Source: an uncultured Acidobacteriota bacterium (GTDB taxonomy: Bacteria > Acidobacteriota > Terriglobia > Terriglobales > Acidobacteriaceae). Taken from it: DNA of 64,000 nt. Under the pieces are notes generated by a model. It made no database searches, was not told where the DNA came from, and saw only the letters and a program-made list of their open reading frames with translations. This document shows, in pieces, positions 1 through 10,592 of the stretch. Position 1 is the first letter of the stretch. Every line of letters begins with the position of its first letter. The position numbers were made by a program, and so were the translations under genes. The stretch lies in assembly GCA_963815925.1 (NCBI GenBank), contig CAWFIV010000007.1, forward strand, positions 43,313 to 107,312, in the 5' to 3' direction.

Positions 1-2
1 GT

Positions 3-839
3 GCCGAGCGCGATGAGTGGGAGGAACTCCCCAGTTCGCTCGTTGACTGGCCGGCAACAGAAAAATACGAAAAGGAACGTGCCGCCGGAGCCGCCGTCCC
101 CGAGGCTGCGGCCCTCGACAAGGAACTCGAGAATGAACACGAGCGAGCAGAAGCCCTGATGCCGCAGGTCGCACCCGGTTTGCGCTTGCCCGAGGAGTCG
201 GGTGTCTTCCTGTTGGACAGCTTTCAGGGCGAGCCGCAGATAGTGGAAATTCAGCAGACGGCCGGCGACGTCAACCGCAACGCCAAGGCCAACATTTTCC
301 GCGGCGCAATCAATCCGGTCGCCGGCCTCAAGCAGACCGTCGAACTCGATGGCGCCCACGCGGCCGTACAGGCCCATGTCGACGTTCCCTCGCTCTACAT
401 CAATATCGACGACGCTCCGGATCAGCCCGCCGCACAGAGCGATTCCACCCGCACCCCGCAGGGTCCACAGAAGCCGCAGCAAGCGCAACAGCCGCAGCAG
501 CCGAGCGTGCCGTTCAACCGCTTTCGCGTCGTCCACACAGAAGTCAAAGGCGGCAAGCGCATCGTAGGGGAGGTCAAGCGCCAGGTCACAGGCAAAATCA
601 CTGAGGATCAGCACCTCGTCAAAACAACCATCACCGGAATCAGCGGCGGCTGGCTCAAAGTCACCGCCACCGAAAGTCTCGCACCCGGAGAATATGTCCT
701 GGTGGAAATGATGGCCGCGGAAGGCGCTGACGCCAAAGGCGGCATGAACCTCTATGTATGGGACTTCGGCGTCAACCCCAAGGCCCCTGCCAACGCCAAT
801 CCGTGGAAACCCGACCCCCCGAAACCAAAGACGCATTGA
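3..839 (+). CDS. hypothetical protein, 5'-partial (open to the window edge)
   Basis: The frame of the 159..839 ORF stays open back to nt 3 (AERDEWEELPSSLVDW...). A Pro/Gln-rich linker (PQGPQKPQQAQQPQQP) separates two regions. No motif recognised. Confidence 0.55.
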   Translation, partial: AERDEWEELPSSLVDWPATEKYEKERAAGAAVPEAAALDKELENEHERAEALMPQVAPGLRLPEESGVFLLDSFQGEPQIVEIQQTAGDVNRNAKANIFRGAINPVAGLKQTVELDGAHAAVQAHVDVPSLYINIDDAPDQPAAQSDSTRTPQGPQKPQQAQQPQQPSVPFNRFRVVHTEVKGGKRIVGEVKRQVTGKITEDQHLVKTTITGISGGWLKVTATESLAPGEYVLVEMMAAEGADAKGGMNLYVWDFGVNPKAPANANPWKPDPPKPKTH

Positions 840-924
840 TTCGGAAAAATGGCCCTTGTTTTCTTCAAGGGGCCGGAAATGGGGCAGTTGAAAGATCTTC
901 CGTGGCGTAGATTCCAACTATGCA

Positions 925-1173
925 ATGATGCAACGATCAAATCTCTTCAATCGAGAGAAGCCTATGTATCACTATGATCCTAAAACCGCGCTGGAAGAGT
1001 TGAATGAGGATGCTACATTGCCGAACCCGGTGCATGTGCGGGACATGATTCTGCGCAAGCATCCGTCGACGGATAAGGCGTTGGAGTTGAACCGGCTGTT
1101 TTTGGAGTATCAGAAGTTCTTCGGGGAGTCGCAGAAGCTTGGGAAAGAGATTTTGAAGCAGCTGGCGGGTTAG
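925..1173 (+). CDS. small hypothetical protein (82 aa)
   Basis: ORF only. The composition looks protein-like (helical, charged). No family recognised. Confidence 0.35.
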   Translation: MMQRSNLFNREKPMYHYDPKTALEELNEDATLPNPVHVRDMILRKHPSTDKALELNRLFLEYQKFFGESQKLGKEILKQLAG

Positions 1174-1182
1174 TGAGCGCTC

Positions 1183-1611
1183 TCAGACAGGAACGCGAGT
1201 CAAAGGTACGATGAATTGGATGCCTGGCACTTGCTTGTTCTGGAGCCGATCGTCATTGGTAATGAAGAGGTCTACTCCGACGCTCGCGGCACAGGACAGC
1301 TGTACGGCGTCTGGCGCTTGCACTGACCGGCTCATCTTGATCGAGGCGTAGTGCCTCGCCGCCTCGATATCGAACGGAATCAGCGTTGCTGCCGATGAAA
1401 TAGCCCTCTCATATATTCGACAACGCTCCATATCTCCCGCCTGCCTCGGTTTAACCAATACTTCGCCAAGGGTGATCGTAGAGGTTAGGAGTTGGTCGCC
1501 CCGCCTCAGCATTTTTGTTCGTAACTCCTTGGTCATCACCGAAAACTCTTCTTTCTGCTCCAGAAGATAAATAAAGAGGTTCGTGTCCCAAAAGACGCGG
1601 CTCATTCCCAT
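1183..1611 (-). CDS. vapC: PIN-domain ribonuclease, VapC-like toxin
   Basis: 142 aa. N-terminal VFWDTNLFIY (first acidic PIN residue) and C-terminal LFITNDDRL. Its start overlaps the stop of the upstream ORF by 10 nt, typical of translationally coupled toxin-antitoxin pairs. Confidence 0.8.
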   Translation of the reverse strand: MGMSRVFWDTNLFIYLLEQKEEFSVMTKELRTKMLRRGDQLLTSTITLGEVLVKPRQAGDMERCRIYERAISSAATLIPFDIEAARHYASIKMSRSVQAPDAVQLSCAASVGVDLFITNDDRLQNKQVPGIQFIVPLTRVPV

Positions 1612-2099
1612 CCCTCACGAAGTCGCCGCACGTAGTCGTCGGCCTTCTCGTCGGCCCAAAGGTCTTTGCCATCGCCATATAAGGCGAGCAGAGGATCGTT
1701 CTCGATCCGATCTTCAATGCTGTCCTGATTCCAGTCTCGATACCAGTCCAGAAGGGGCGCGTGTTCAGACGGAATATCTTCCGTCGCAGGGACTGTCTTG
1801 GCATCTTCGCGAGCGAGATCGTAGTTGTCTCCGCTACGAAACAAGCGGCGCCGACCGGGCGCGCTCTCGTAGAGCATTCGGTAACGACCAGGATTCGGCG
1901 GACGGTTCGCGACGCAATGCTGGACTATGTGGACATAGACTCCTGGACGGAGGGGTTGTTGCCCCGCCTCTTTGGACGCGCGCTGGATGATTTCTTCTAT
2001 CGAGAAATCTGCACGGTCGGGATGTTGTCGATGGAGGAGGGCTGTCGCTATCCAGACCTCGTCGGCGACTTTGATTTGTATTCCCGATGTGATCGTCAT
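1602..2099 (-). CDS. putative cognate partner (antitoxin-position protein) of the PIN toxin, atypically large (~165 aa)
   Basis: Start placed at MTITSGIQIK (nt 2099), not the ORF-track start at 2180. N-terminal globular region (ATALLHRQHPDRADFSIEEI...HIVQHCVANRPPNPGRYRML). Acidic C-terminal tail ...DLWADEKADDYVRRLREGWE overlaps the vapC start. Confidence 0.55.
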   Translation of the reverse strand: MTITSGIQIKVADEVWIATALLHRQHPDRADFSIEEIIQRASKEAGQQPLRPGVYVHIVQHCVANRPPNPGRYRMLYESAPGRRRLFRSGDNYDLAREDAKTVPATEDIPSEHAPLLDWYRDWNQDSIEDRIENDPLLALYGDGKDLWADEKADDYVRRLREGWE

Positions 2100-2122
2100 G
2101 CTTGTCTCCTCATGATTCAACT

Positions 2123-2320
2123 TCACAGCGCTCGAATGACCAGCTTTTCTTGTATGCCGGAATGGCTCTTTGCCGCACAAGCTTCATGGGCCCGCTGAAA
2201 CCCATTGCACAAGGACAGGGTAGTAACGATTGCAACCTCCTGCCTCCGAGGCAGATTCAGCCCAATCTTGATGCAGTCATCGCAAAACGCACCAGGCTTA
2301 CCGCCACGCAAGAAAGCCAC
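2123..2320 (-). CDS. small Cys-containing hypothetical protein (65 aa), possibly first gene of the PIN operon
   Basis: ORF GGKPGAFCDDCIKIGLNLPRRQEVAIVTTLS..FQRAHEAC. It lies 23 nt upstream of the 1602..2099 gene on the same strand. Family only vaguely recalled. Confidence 0.3.
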   Translation of the reverse strand: MAFLRGGKPGAFCDDCIKIGLNLPRRQEVAIVTTLSLCNGFQRAHEACAAKSHSGIQEKLVIRAL

Positions 2321-2585
2321 AACCTTTTTCCGGTATCGTCATGGCCTTCACCTCCGAAGTAACGATATCAAAACAAGGAACTGATCGTCAAGAACTAGTT
2401 GTATAGGTAATTACTAATACGTTATGGTATATCTGTTGGTGCGAGGGCGACACACGCAGGAGCCTTGGCCCCTCCCGTCTGAACGACACTATTGATTACG
2501 ATGAGTGCGGTCCTGGGGGGCAAACGATCGGAATCTAGCCCGCTGGTACAATAACCAATTCCACTTTTACGGGAATCGTTCACCT

Positions 2586-4355
2586 ATGCATCGATGGTCT
2601 GAAAGCTTCATTCCTACGTTGCGCGAGGCGCCGGCGGATGCCGAGGTGGCTTCGCATAAATTTCTGGTGCGGGCGGGGTATATCCGGCAGCTCGCGGCGG
2701 GAATTTACTCCTATCTTTTTCTCGGGAACCGGTCCTTTCACAAGATCATGCGAATTGTGCGCGAGGAGATGGACAAGATCGGGCAGGAGTTTTACTTGCC
2801 GGCGCTGCATCCCCGGGAGCTTTGGGAAGCGAGCGGGCGCTGGGCGTTGATGGGCGAGAACCTTTTTCGGCTGAAAGACCGCAAGGGCGCAGAGATGGCT
2901 CTGGGCATGACGGAAGAAGAAGTCATGACTTCCATCGCGCTGAAAGACCTGCGGAGTTACAAGCAGCTGCCGCAGATCTGGTATCAGATTGCGCCGAAGT
3001 TTCGGGACGAGCCGCGGCCGCGATCTGGGCTGCTGCGGGTACGGCAGTTCATGATGAAGGACTCGTATTCGTTCGACATCGATGCGGGGGGGCTGGATAT
3101 TTCGTACAAGAAGCATTACGAAGCTTACTGCCGGATTTTTGATCGGTGCGGGCTGAAATACATGGTGGTCGAAGCCGATTCGGGGGCGATGGGCGGGAAG
3201 GAGTCGCACGAATTCATGGTACGCACTTCGGCAGGAGAAGATCAGATTGTGAGCTGCGACGGGTGCAATTACGCGGCGAACATGGAGAAGGCGATTTCGA
3301 AGCTGGAAGCGTGGGGAGATCTCGCGCCGGAAGCCGATGGGAAGCCGCTGGAGGTGCACACTCCGGGGCAGAAGACGATTGAAGATGTCGCGCGATTTTT
3401 AGGAGTGTCGCCGAAAAACAAGATCAAGACTCTGGCCTACATGGCGGAAGAGAAGGACGAGAAGACAGGCAAGACGAAGCTGCGCGGAATTGTCGTGCTG
3501 ATGCGCGGGGATCATCAGCTGAACGAGGCCAAGTTGAATGGCGCGGTGGGCGGGGCTATGCGTCCGATGGATGAGAGTGAGATCAAGGCGCTATTCAAGT
3601 CTCCGGCGGGATATTTGGGCCCGGTGGGCATCGAGTGGGCACGCGATCGAAAGAAGGATGCGGACAAGGCGGTGCTCTTTGTCGACAAGGCGCTCGAAGG
3701 CCGTGTGAATCTGATTGGTGGCGCGAACAAAGAAGACTATCACCTGAAGAACATCACGCCGGGGAAGGATTTTCAGCCGACGGCGTACGTGGATCTGCGC
3801 GCCGTGACGGCGGGCGAGGGATGTCCAACGTGCGGGAATGGGTTGCGCATCGACACGGCGGTCGAAGTGGGCCACATCTTCAAGCTGGGATACCGGTATT
3901 CGGAATCGATGGGGGCGCGAGTGCTCGACAAGAACGGCAAGGGAGTGATGCCGATCATGGGGTGCTACGGGATTGGGATCGAGCGCATTCTGACGGCCGC
4001 GGTGGAGCAGAGCAACGATGTGAATGGCTTCTGGCTGCCGCCCTCGATTGCGCCGTTCGAGATTGTGGTGTCGCCGGTCAACGTGAAGGATGAAGCGGTG
4101 CGGGCGGCGGCGGCGGACATTGCGAAGCAACTGGAGGCGGCAGGCTTCGATGTGATTCTGGATGATCGGAACGAACGGCCGGGAGTGAAGTTCAAGGATG
4201 CGGATTTAGTCGGTATCCCTTTTAGAATCACGGTTGGAAGCAAGGTTACCGAAGGTACCGTGGAGGTCGTTTTACGTTCGACTCGTGAAGTTCGCGATGT
4301 TAGGATCACGGCGGTTGTGGAATCTTTTCGGGAGTTGCTTGGCCGGACGGGATGA
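2586..4355 (+). CDS. proS: prolyl-tRNA synthetase (bacterial type with editing insertion)
   Basis: Start set at [36 protein letters not shown] (ATG 2586). Class II motifs present ([32 protein letters not shown]) and a C-terminal anticodon-binding region. Confidence 0.95.
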   Translation: MHRWSESFIPTLREAPADAEVASHKFLVRAGYIRQLAAGIYSYLFLGNRSFHKIMRIVREEMDKIGQEFYLPALHPRELWEASGRWALMGENLFRLKDRKGAEMALGMTEEEVMTSIALKDLRSYKQLPQIWYQIAPKFRDEPRPRSGLLRVRQFMMKDSYSFDIDAGGLDISYKKHYEAYCRIFDRCGLKYMVVEADSGAMGGKESHEFMVRTSAGEDQIVSCDGCNYAANMEKAISKLEAWGDLAPEADGKPLEVHTPGQKTIEDVARFLGVSPKNKIKTLAYMAEEKDEKTGKTKLRGIVVLMRGDHQLNEAKLNGAVGGAMRPMDESEIKALFKSPAGYLGPVGIEWARDRKKDADKAVLFVDKALEGRVNLIGGANKEDYHLKNITPGKDFQPTAYVDLRAVTAGEGCPTCGNGLRIDTAVEVGHIFKLGYRYSESMGARVLDKNGKGVMPIMGCYGIGIERILTAAVEQSNDVNGFWLPPSIAPFEIVVSPVNVKDEAVRAAAADIAKQLEAAGFDVILDDRNERPGVKFKDADLVGIPFRITVGSKVTEGTVEVVLRSTREVRDVRITAVVESFRELLGRTG

Positions 4356-4392
4356 AGTGGTTCCTGGTCCCCGGTTGAGCAGATCGTGGGAC

Positions 4393-4749
4393 ATGGGAAC
4401 TATTAAAGCGATTATCGGGATTCTGGTCATGGTGGGTTGCGTCTATGCCTTGTTTCAGGTCGTTCCGCCGGAGCTGACGAACTATTCCTTTCAGGACGAC
4501 TTGCGGGATGTGGCAATGATGGGCGGCAGTAACGTCCATCTGACCGACCAGCAACTGGTTGATTCCGTGATCAAGAAAGCTGCCGAACATCAAATCGATC
4601 TCGCCCCTGAAAACGTGACCGTTCAGCGGATTGGTTCGCCAGGGTCGCTGGGCGTGTATGTGGCTGCGGAGTACAGCGTTCCTGTGACTCTGCCAGGTTA
4701 TTCCTTCACTTTACATTTCACTCCTTCCAGCGGAAATAAGGGCTTCTAG
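4393..4749 (+). CDS. membrane-anchored hypothetical protein (118 aa)
   Basis: Start set at MGTIKAIIGILVMVGCVYALF (one N-terminal TM helix). The longer ORF-track version would overlap the proS 3' end. Confidence 0.5.
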   Translation: MGTIKAIIGILVMVGCVYALFQVVPPELTNYSFQDDLRDVAMMGGSNVHLTDQQLVDSVIKKAAEHQIDLAPENVTVQRIGSPGSLGVYVAAEYSVPVTLPGYSFTLHFTPSSGNKGF

Positions 4750-5114
4750 CCCGGCCCTCACTCGCACGTTGTCTACGTATTGGTTTCTTTCGCCCCTGTA
4801 GGGTGCTCAGTTTTTCCAATTCACCGACGGCTTGCGCTGGTGGGCGGCATCCTTATCACCACCTTGAGGCCTCCAATCGAGAGTCGCTGAAAGAAGGCGT
4901 AAGAATCTTCGAGCTTCGCGCGGCCGTTCTCGCGTTCACCGCGCGAAAGGCTCGCTACTAGAATCCAATGCATACTGGGCGCGGCGGAATTTAGGTTTGG
5001 CCAATGACGTTCGTAACCTTGTCACTTGGTTACGAGGCACCTAACATCGCCATGGGAAAAGAGTTTTTTCGCGCGATCTGTGAGGATCGATTTCAGAAAA
5101 TCTCCGGAGAAGTC

Positions 5115-6371
5115 ATGGCGATGAAGCTTCGAGCGCTCTTTAGTTTCGTTGTAGTGCTGGCCACGATGGGTCTGGCGGGCTGCGGCCACTACACATGTGG
5201 AATCACGTTTGGCGCCTCCACTTGTACGCCGTCGGGCAGTGGCATTGGGCAAGGCGGGGGCACCTCCACGAATGCTGCCTATATTTTCGCCGTGGATAGT
5301 TCGTCGGGCACAATCGATGGCTATACGCTCAACACTACGGCCAACACTCTGGGTCCAACGACCAGCTACACGGCACCCACGATTCCAAAAGACACGGGCG
5401 CGGGCATGGTCGTGGCTCAGGGCACGTATCTCTATGCGGCGTTCCGCACCACGAACCAGATTTTTGGATGGACGATTTCGAGCGGTGGCGGCTTGACGAG
5501 CATCACCGGCAGCCCGTATTCGGCGTCATTTTTGACATCGATCAACAGTGGGGCCGTTGCTCAGCAAAACATGATCACTAACCCCGCAGGAACATTCTTG
5601 TTTTTCTCGGATCCGGTGCAAAACACGATCTACGTATATTCGATCGGGACCGGAGGAGCTTTGACTGCAGTGGCAGGCTCTCCTTTCCCTGCGGGGATCT
5701 CGCCGCTGAACCTCGCTACGGACGGTTTAGGCAAATATCTGTATGCGAGTGACGGGTTTTACGGGAATCATACTGGGTCGTCTGTGGCCGCTTTTGCCAT
5801 CAGCAGCACCGGTGCTCTGACGACGGTGCCGGGTAGCCCATTTGCGTTTCCGATGTGGCAGGTTGCGGGAGAGGCGACCGGCCAGTTCCTGATCGGGACG
5901 ACCGGAAATTCCATACCCAGCAGCGGTGTCGACGACAATCACCTATACATCTTCAGCATCAACCAGACCAACGGCGCACTTTCGCAGGTGGGCACCCCCG
6001 TTCCCACGGTGTATTCGCCATTCACGATTGCGGTGCAGCAGAACAAGGGTGGCAGTCTGGTGTATTCGTTCGGAATCAATGACACGGATACGGCCTACAA
6101 TGCGATCGAGGGTTACCAGATCGGTACTGGGGGCAGCCTCATGGCAGTGAGCGGATCTCCGTTCAGTGGTGTGGCCACCGGCTACTGGGGGCAGTTTGAT
6201 CAGAGCGGCGCTTTCCTGTTCGATTACAGCAGCGTCGAGGACACGAGCACCAATACCGTTGTCACCACGTTGGGTGGTCTCACTGTGGGCACGGGCGGAG
6301 TTCTCACGCAGCCGACTACGCCGTTGACGCTGACGACGGGCGGCTACTGGGTCGTGACGGACGTACCGTAA
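5115..6371 (+). CDS. lipoprotein with beta-propeller-type repeats (lactonase/7-bladed-propeller-like)
   Basis: Lipobox VVLATMGLAGC after the M at 5115. Repeated ...G.L..V.GSPF... / Y.Y... blades. Followed by an intrinsic terminator. Confidence 0.65.
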   Translation: MAMKLRALFSFVVVLATMGLAGCGHYTCGITFGASTCTPSGSGIGQGGGTSTNAAYIFAVDSSSGTIDGYTLNTTANTLGPTTSYTAPTIPKDTGAGMVVAQGTYLYAAFRTTNQIFGWTISSGGGLTSITGSPYSASFLTSINSGAVAQQNMITNPAGTFLFFSDPVQNTIYVYSIGTGGALTAVAGSPFPAGISPLNLATDGLGKYLYASDGFYGNHTGSSVAAFAISSTGALTTVPGSPFAFPMWQVAGEATGQFLIGTTGNSIPSSGVDDNHLYIFSINQTNGALSQVGTPVPTVYSPFTIAVQQNKGGSLVYSFGINDTDTAYNAIEGYQIGTGGSLMAVSGSPFSGVATGYWGQFDQSGAFLFDYSSVEDTSTNTVVTTLGGLTVGTGGVLTQPTTPLTLTTGGYWVVTDVP

Positions 6372-6410
6372 ACTTCGGGGCCGGGCAGGGGCACGATCGT
6401 AGAGAGGTCT

Positions 6411-6445
6411 GAGACCCGCATGTACCGCGGGTCTCTTTTCGTTTC
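6411..6445 (+). terminator. rho-independent terminator
   Basis: gagacccgc / gcgggtctc 9-bp stem, 7-nt loop, then ttttcgttt. Located 40 nt after the stop at 6371. Confidence 0.65.
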
Positions 6446-6654
6446 TGTGAGAGGGGTACAATAAAAGACATCCTTTGCGTTGCGGGCCAGGTTGCGCCTC
6501 TGCGAAAGTGTCTCCGAAGATGCAACTAGGGAGAGGCAATACAAACCTTTTGGCCCGTACTGACGTCTGAGAGAATGAGGAACCGTTTCACTCGTATAGC
6601 ACTGGCGCAGTCGAAGGCTTCCCAACTGTAATCGTGACCCCGTGACCACGACCT

Positions 6655-9183
6655 GTGACCATTAAGATCAAAATTCCGAAAGCTGGCGGAGGGGACTCGA
6701 AGCCAATTCGCGGACTGCCTCGCGATCCCGTGCTGCGCGCGGCGCTGGTCGTGTTTCTGCTGCTCGCGGTGTCGTTTACGGTTCTATTTTCTTACTTTTA
6801 CATCAAGTATGACCGGGTGATCGAGAAGCGGTTCCGGTCTCCGGTATTCGCCAATTCGGCGAAGATTTACGCGCTGCCGAAGATCGTGCGAAATGGCGAG
6901 ATGGCCACGGTGCGAGAGATAGCGACCGACCTGGAGCGCGCCGGATATTCCGCTAAAGACGGGGAATCGAAGCTCGGCAGCTTTCGCATCTTGAAGGACG
7001 GCATCGAGATTAAGCCCGGGCCGGAGTCGTATCACAGTCCGGAGGCGGCGAGAATCAGCATTCATGACGGGCAGATTGATCAGATCAGCAGCAACGGAAA
7101 TGATCTTTCCGCCTACGAACTCGAACCGCAACTGGTGACGGCGCTATTCGACGCGGAGCAGCGATCGAAACGCGAATTGGTGAAGTACGACGATATCCCT
7201 CCCGTCATGGTGCAGGCGGTGCTCGCGATCGAGGATCGTCGCTTCTTTGAACACAGCGGCGTGAACTTTCTGCGCATGGGGGAAGCCGCGTGGATTGACG
7301 TAGTGCGCGGACGACATGAGCAGGGCGGATCGACGCTCACGATGCAGCTTTCGCGCGGATTCTTTCTGACGCCGGAAAAGACGATCCGGCGCAAGCTGAC
7401 CGAGATGCTGATCGCCGAAGAACTGGAACAGAAGTTCACCAAGAAACAGATTTTCGAGTTCTATGCGAACTGGGTGGACCTGGGTCAGCGAGGTTCGTTC
7501 GCCATCAGCGGGTTCGCGGAGGCGTCGAAGGCGTACTTCAATAGAGATCTGAAAGACATCACCCTCTCGGAGGCGGCGTTGCTGGCGGGACTGATTCAGC
7601 GGCCGAGTTATTTGTCGCCGTACCGGCATCCGGAGCGCGCGCTGGAGCGTCGGAATCTGGTGCTGGAATCGATGGTGGAAACCCACGCGATCACGCGCGA
7701 GCAGGCAGATAAAGCCAAGGCTGTACCTCTGAAACTGGCTCCGCCGAACGTGGAAGCGAGCGACGCGCCGTATTTCGTCGATATGGTGCGCGATCAGCTG
7801 ATCAGCAAGTTTAATGAGAACGAGTTGAACGACCAGTCGTACCGGATCTATACGACGCTCGATCCCGACTTGCAGAAAGCTGCGGCGCAAGCGGTAGAGA
7901 CGGGCATCAAGCTGGTGGACGATCAGGTCAAGAAGCTGCGCACCAAGAAAGTGAAAGTCGGAAAGAAGTTTGAGACGACGGTGTCGCCGGGTCCTCAGGC
8001 ACAGGTTGCGATGGTGGTGCTCAATCCGCACACGGGCGCGGTGCTGGCTCTGGTGGGCGGGCGCGATTACGGCTGGAGCCAGTTGAATCACGCAGTGGCC
8101 AAGCGGCCGACGGGATCGATTTTCAAACCGTTCGTATATGCGGCGGCAATGAACACCGCGCTGGATGGATCGCAGACGGTGCTGACTCCGGCGTCCATCG
8201 TTACGGATGCGCCTACGAGCTTTGCCTATGGCGACCAGATCTACGAGCCGCGCAATTACAAAGAGGAGTACAGGGGCGACGTTTCGTTGCGCTACGCGCT
8301 GGCGATGTCGCTGAACAATGCGACGGTGAAGGTCGCCGAGGAGGTTGGGTACGACAAGGTGGCCGACCTGGCGCGCACGGCCGGGATTGTCTCCGTTAAA
8401 GCTACTCCAGCGATGGCGCTGGGTTCGTATGACGCTTCTCCGCTCGACATGTCGGGCGCGTATACGGCATTCGCGAACAATGGCGTGAGGCTGTCTCCGA
8501 TCCTGCTGCGCTCGGTACGCAATGGCAAGGGAGACGTGATCGCGAACTACACCACCGATCAAAAGCAAGTTCTGGATCCGCGCATCGCTTACGTCATGAC
8601 CAACATGATGGAAGGCGTGATCAACAATGGACTCGGCTATACGGCAGTTCGGCTGCGAGGGTTTACTCCGCCCGCGGCGGGCAAGACCGGCAGTTCGCAT
8701 GACGGTTGGTTCGCGGGATACACATCCAATCTGCTCTGTATTGTCTGGGTGGGTTACGACGATTACAGCGATCTGCGCTTGAGCGGCGCGATGACGGCGG
8801 CGCCGATCTGGACCGAGTTCATGAAGAAGGCGTCGACGCTGCCGCAGTATGCCGACATGAAGGAGTTCCAGCAACCGACGGGCGTGGTCGACGTGCAGTT
8901 GGATAAGATCACCAACCGACTGGCAACGCCCACCTGCCCGGATGACTATACCTCCGCTTTTGTGGCGGGAACGGAGCCGCGGGAGACTTGCGATGCGCAG
9001 GAGGGAATGAAGGGGTTCTTTTCCCGTATGTTTGGCGGGGATAAGGCGGTCCAGCCGCAGCAGGCCCAAACGGCAGATGGGCAGGATCCCAGTAATCCTC
9101 AGGACCCTAAGAAAAAGAAGGGGTTGTTCGGCAAGATCGCCGGGATATTTAAGGATGACAAAACCGCAGGCTCCGGTGTCTAA
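6655..9183 (+). CDS. mrcA: class A penicillin-binding protein (glycosyltransferase + transpeptidase), PBP1A-type
   Basis: GT51 motifs EDRRFFEHSGV and GGSTLTMQL. Transpeptidase motifs TGSIFKP (SxxK), SLNN (SxN) and KTGS (KTG). N-terminal TM helix and a Pro/Gln/Lys-rich tail. Confidence 0.92.
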   Translation: MTIKIKIPKAGGGDSKPIRGLPRDPVLRAALVVFLLLAVSFTVLFSYFYIKYDRVIEKRFRSPVFANSAKIYALPKIVRNGEMATVREIATDLERAGYSAKDGESKLGSFRILKDGIEIKPGPESYHSPEAARISIHDGQIDQISSNGNDLSAYELEPQLVTALFDAEQRSKRELVKYDDIPPVMVQAVLAIEDRRFFEHSGVNFLRMGEAAWIDVVRGRHEQGGSTLTMQLSRGFFLTPEKTIRRKLTEMLIAEELEQKFTKKQIFEFYANWVDLGQRGSFAISGFAEASKAYFNRDLKDITLSEAALLAGLIQRPSYLSPYRHPERALERRNLVLESMVETHAITREQADKAKAVPLKLAPPNVEASDAPYFVDMVRDQLISKFNENELNDQSYRIYTTLDPDLQKAAAQAVETGIKLVDDQVKKLRTKKVKVGKKFETTVSPGPQAQVAMVVLNPHTGAVLALVGGRDYGWSQLNHAVAKRPTGSIFKPFVYAAAMNTALDGSQTVLTPASIVTDAPTSFAYGDQIYEPRNYKEEYRGDVSLRYALAMSLNNATVKVAEEVGYDKVADLARTAGIVSVKATPAMALGSYDASPLDMSGAYTAFANNGVRLSPILLRSVRNGKGDVIANYTTDQKQVLDPRIAYVMTNMMEGVINNGLGYTAVRLRGFTPPAAGKTGSSHDGWFAGYTSNLLCIVWVGYDDYSDLRLSGAMTAAPIWTEFMKKASTLPQYADMKEFQQPTGVVDVQLDKITNRLATPTCPDDYTSAFVAGTEPRETCDAQEGMKGFFSRMFGGDKAVQPQQAQTADGQDPSNPQDPKKKKGLFGKIAGIFKDDKTAGSGV

Positions 9184-9386
9184 ACCTGCAGACAGTGGGC
9201 AGACGGCGCCGCACTGACGAGTATTGGGAGTTAGCTGCCACACCTGAAGTAACCACCCCAGGTTACTGCCAGGCTCCGTGTTCCAGAGGCCTGCAGGCTA
9301 ACCACTGAACCCCCGTATTTCGTCACAAAATCGTCGCCGATCAGCCAAAACTGTGCCAGAATGTGTCCAATAGCTGGGGGTGGCCT

Positions 9387-10211
9387 ATGTCGTCCTGCCC
9401 GAGGATTTTGCTGGCTCCGGTTTCACTTCTCACAGTTTGTGTCTGTACCTTGTCGATTGCATCATGGGGACAGGCCCGCGCCGAACAGGTTCAGGTAAAA
9501 CCTCCGTTGCTGCGATTGGTCGATCCTCCGGCGGCCGACGCCACAGTGGCCGATCTCGAGAAGCGGGCCGATGAGTTGCGCACAGAGAAGCTCTATCTGG
9601 ACGCGCTCGACTACTATCACGCGGCGATGGTTAAGCAGCCGAACTCCGCGGGTGTGCTGAACAAGGTTGGCATCACCGAACTGATGATGCAGCGTTATCG
9701 CGAGGCGAAGAAGTCGTTTGATCAATCGATCAAATGCGACCACAAGTTTGCTGACGCCTACAACAATCGCGGCGTGGTGTATTACGAAGAGCGGAAGTAC
9801 GGCCCGGCCGTGAAGGAGTATCGCCGGGCTATCGCCATCGACAGCACATCGGCATCGTTTTTCAGCAACCTGGGCGCGGCGCTGTTCGCCAAGAGGGAAT
9901 TCGAGCCGGCGGTGGTGGCTTACGACCACGCGCTCGCTCTCGATCCTGACGTGTTTGAGCGGACGTCGCGCGGCGGTGTGCAAGCGCAGTTGCCCAGCCC
10001 GGGCGATCGAGCACGGTACGATTTCCTGGTGGCGAAGTTATACGCCAAGATGGGGTATTCGGATCGTTCGCTGGAATATCTGAAGAAGGCGCTCGAAGAA
10101 GGATACAAAGACTTCAACAAAGTGTATACCGACGAAGTATTCGCCGGCTTGCGCAAAGATAAAAGATTTGCGGAGTTGGTGGCGTCGAAACCTCCGGCGT
10201 TACCAGAATAG
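9387..10211 (+). CDS. secreted TPR-repeat protein
   Basis: Signal-like N-terminus (ILLAPVSLLTVCVCTLSIASWGQA) followed by several 34-aa TPR units (YNNRGVVYYEERKYGPAVKEYRRAIAIDS...). Confidence 0.8.
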   Translation: MSSCPRILLAPVSLLTVCVCTLSIASWGQARAEQVQVKPPLLRLVDPPAADATVADLEKRADELRTEKLYLDALDYYHAAMVKQPNSAGVLNKVGITELMMQRYREAKKSFDQSIKCDHKFADAYNNRGVVYYEERKYGPAVKEYRRAIAIDSTSASFFSNLGAALFAKREFEPAVVAYDHALALDPDVFERTSRGGVQAQLPSPGDRARYDFLVAKLYAKMGYSDRSLEYLKKALEEGYKDFNKVYTDEVFAGLRKDKRFAELVASKPPALPE

Positions 10212-10538
10212 AAGTTCGAAGACCAGCGCAGCGAAACGTGCGCAATGCGGTTCGTTCCTTCGTCTCCCGGCAATATACCCGGCGTGAAAATTGGTCGCTG
10301 CTACGACCTCAAACGCTTGCTCGAGATCGCCGGCCGTTTTGTTTGGTGGTTCTGCACCATCGCGCAAAACAGAAAAACTTACGTTTTGCATGCGACGACG
10401 TCGTCCGTTTGCGCTGATTTTATCGTGTTCCGATGTTTTACAAAGCTTTACAAAATTAGACGGAACTTCCGCGCAATCGGGTGTTTAATTTGTCTACATA
10501 CTCCTGAAAACAACAGGGTGAGTAAGGAGAAACGGTAG

Positions 10539-10592
10539 CCCATCGGATGCTGACCCGAGCACGCCCCAAGCAAGCATCCGGTGGGTTTTTTT
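10539..10592 (+). terminator. strong rho-independent terminator with no coding gene immediately upstream
   Basis: 12-bp stem cccatcggatgc / gcatccggtggg (one G-U pair), 23-nt loop, then T7. It lies 330 nt after the nearest + strand stop (10211). Confidence 0.7.

Noticed and set aside
839-925. Hairpin ggcccttg...caaggggcc after the first gene as a terminator
   Set aside because: No T-run follows on the + strand. The T-run is on the opposite strand, where no gene ends. Left uncalled.
7144-9243. 699-aa ORF antisense to the PBP gene. Similar long antisense ORFs occur at 14502..16028, 13168..13974, 19418..21007, 22548..23447, 2580..3359, 38447..38995, 39314..40033 and 40949..41872.
   Set aside because: All lie opposite genes with clear family motifs. 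They are Arg/Pro/His-rich with no recognisable domains, the usual stop-poor antisense frames of GC-rich DNA.
10245-10538. 97-aa ORF (and the 65-aa ORF 10291..10488) in the gap before the orphan terminator
   Set aside because: Cys/Phe/Arg-rich implausible composition, no SD, no family resemblance. The region is treated as a non-coding or sRNA candidate instead.
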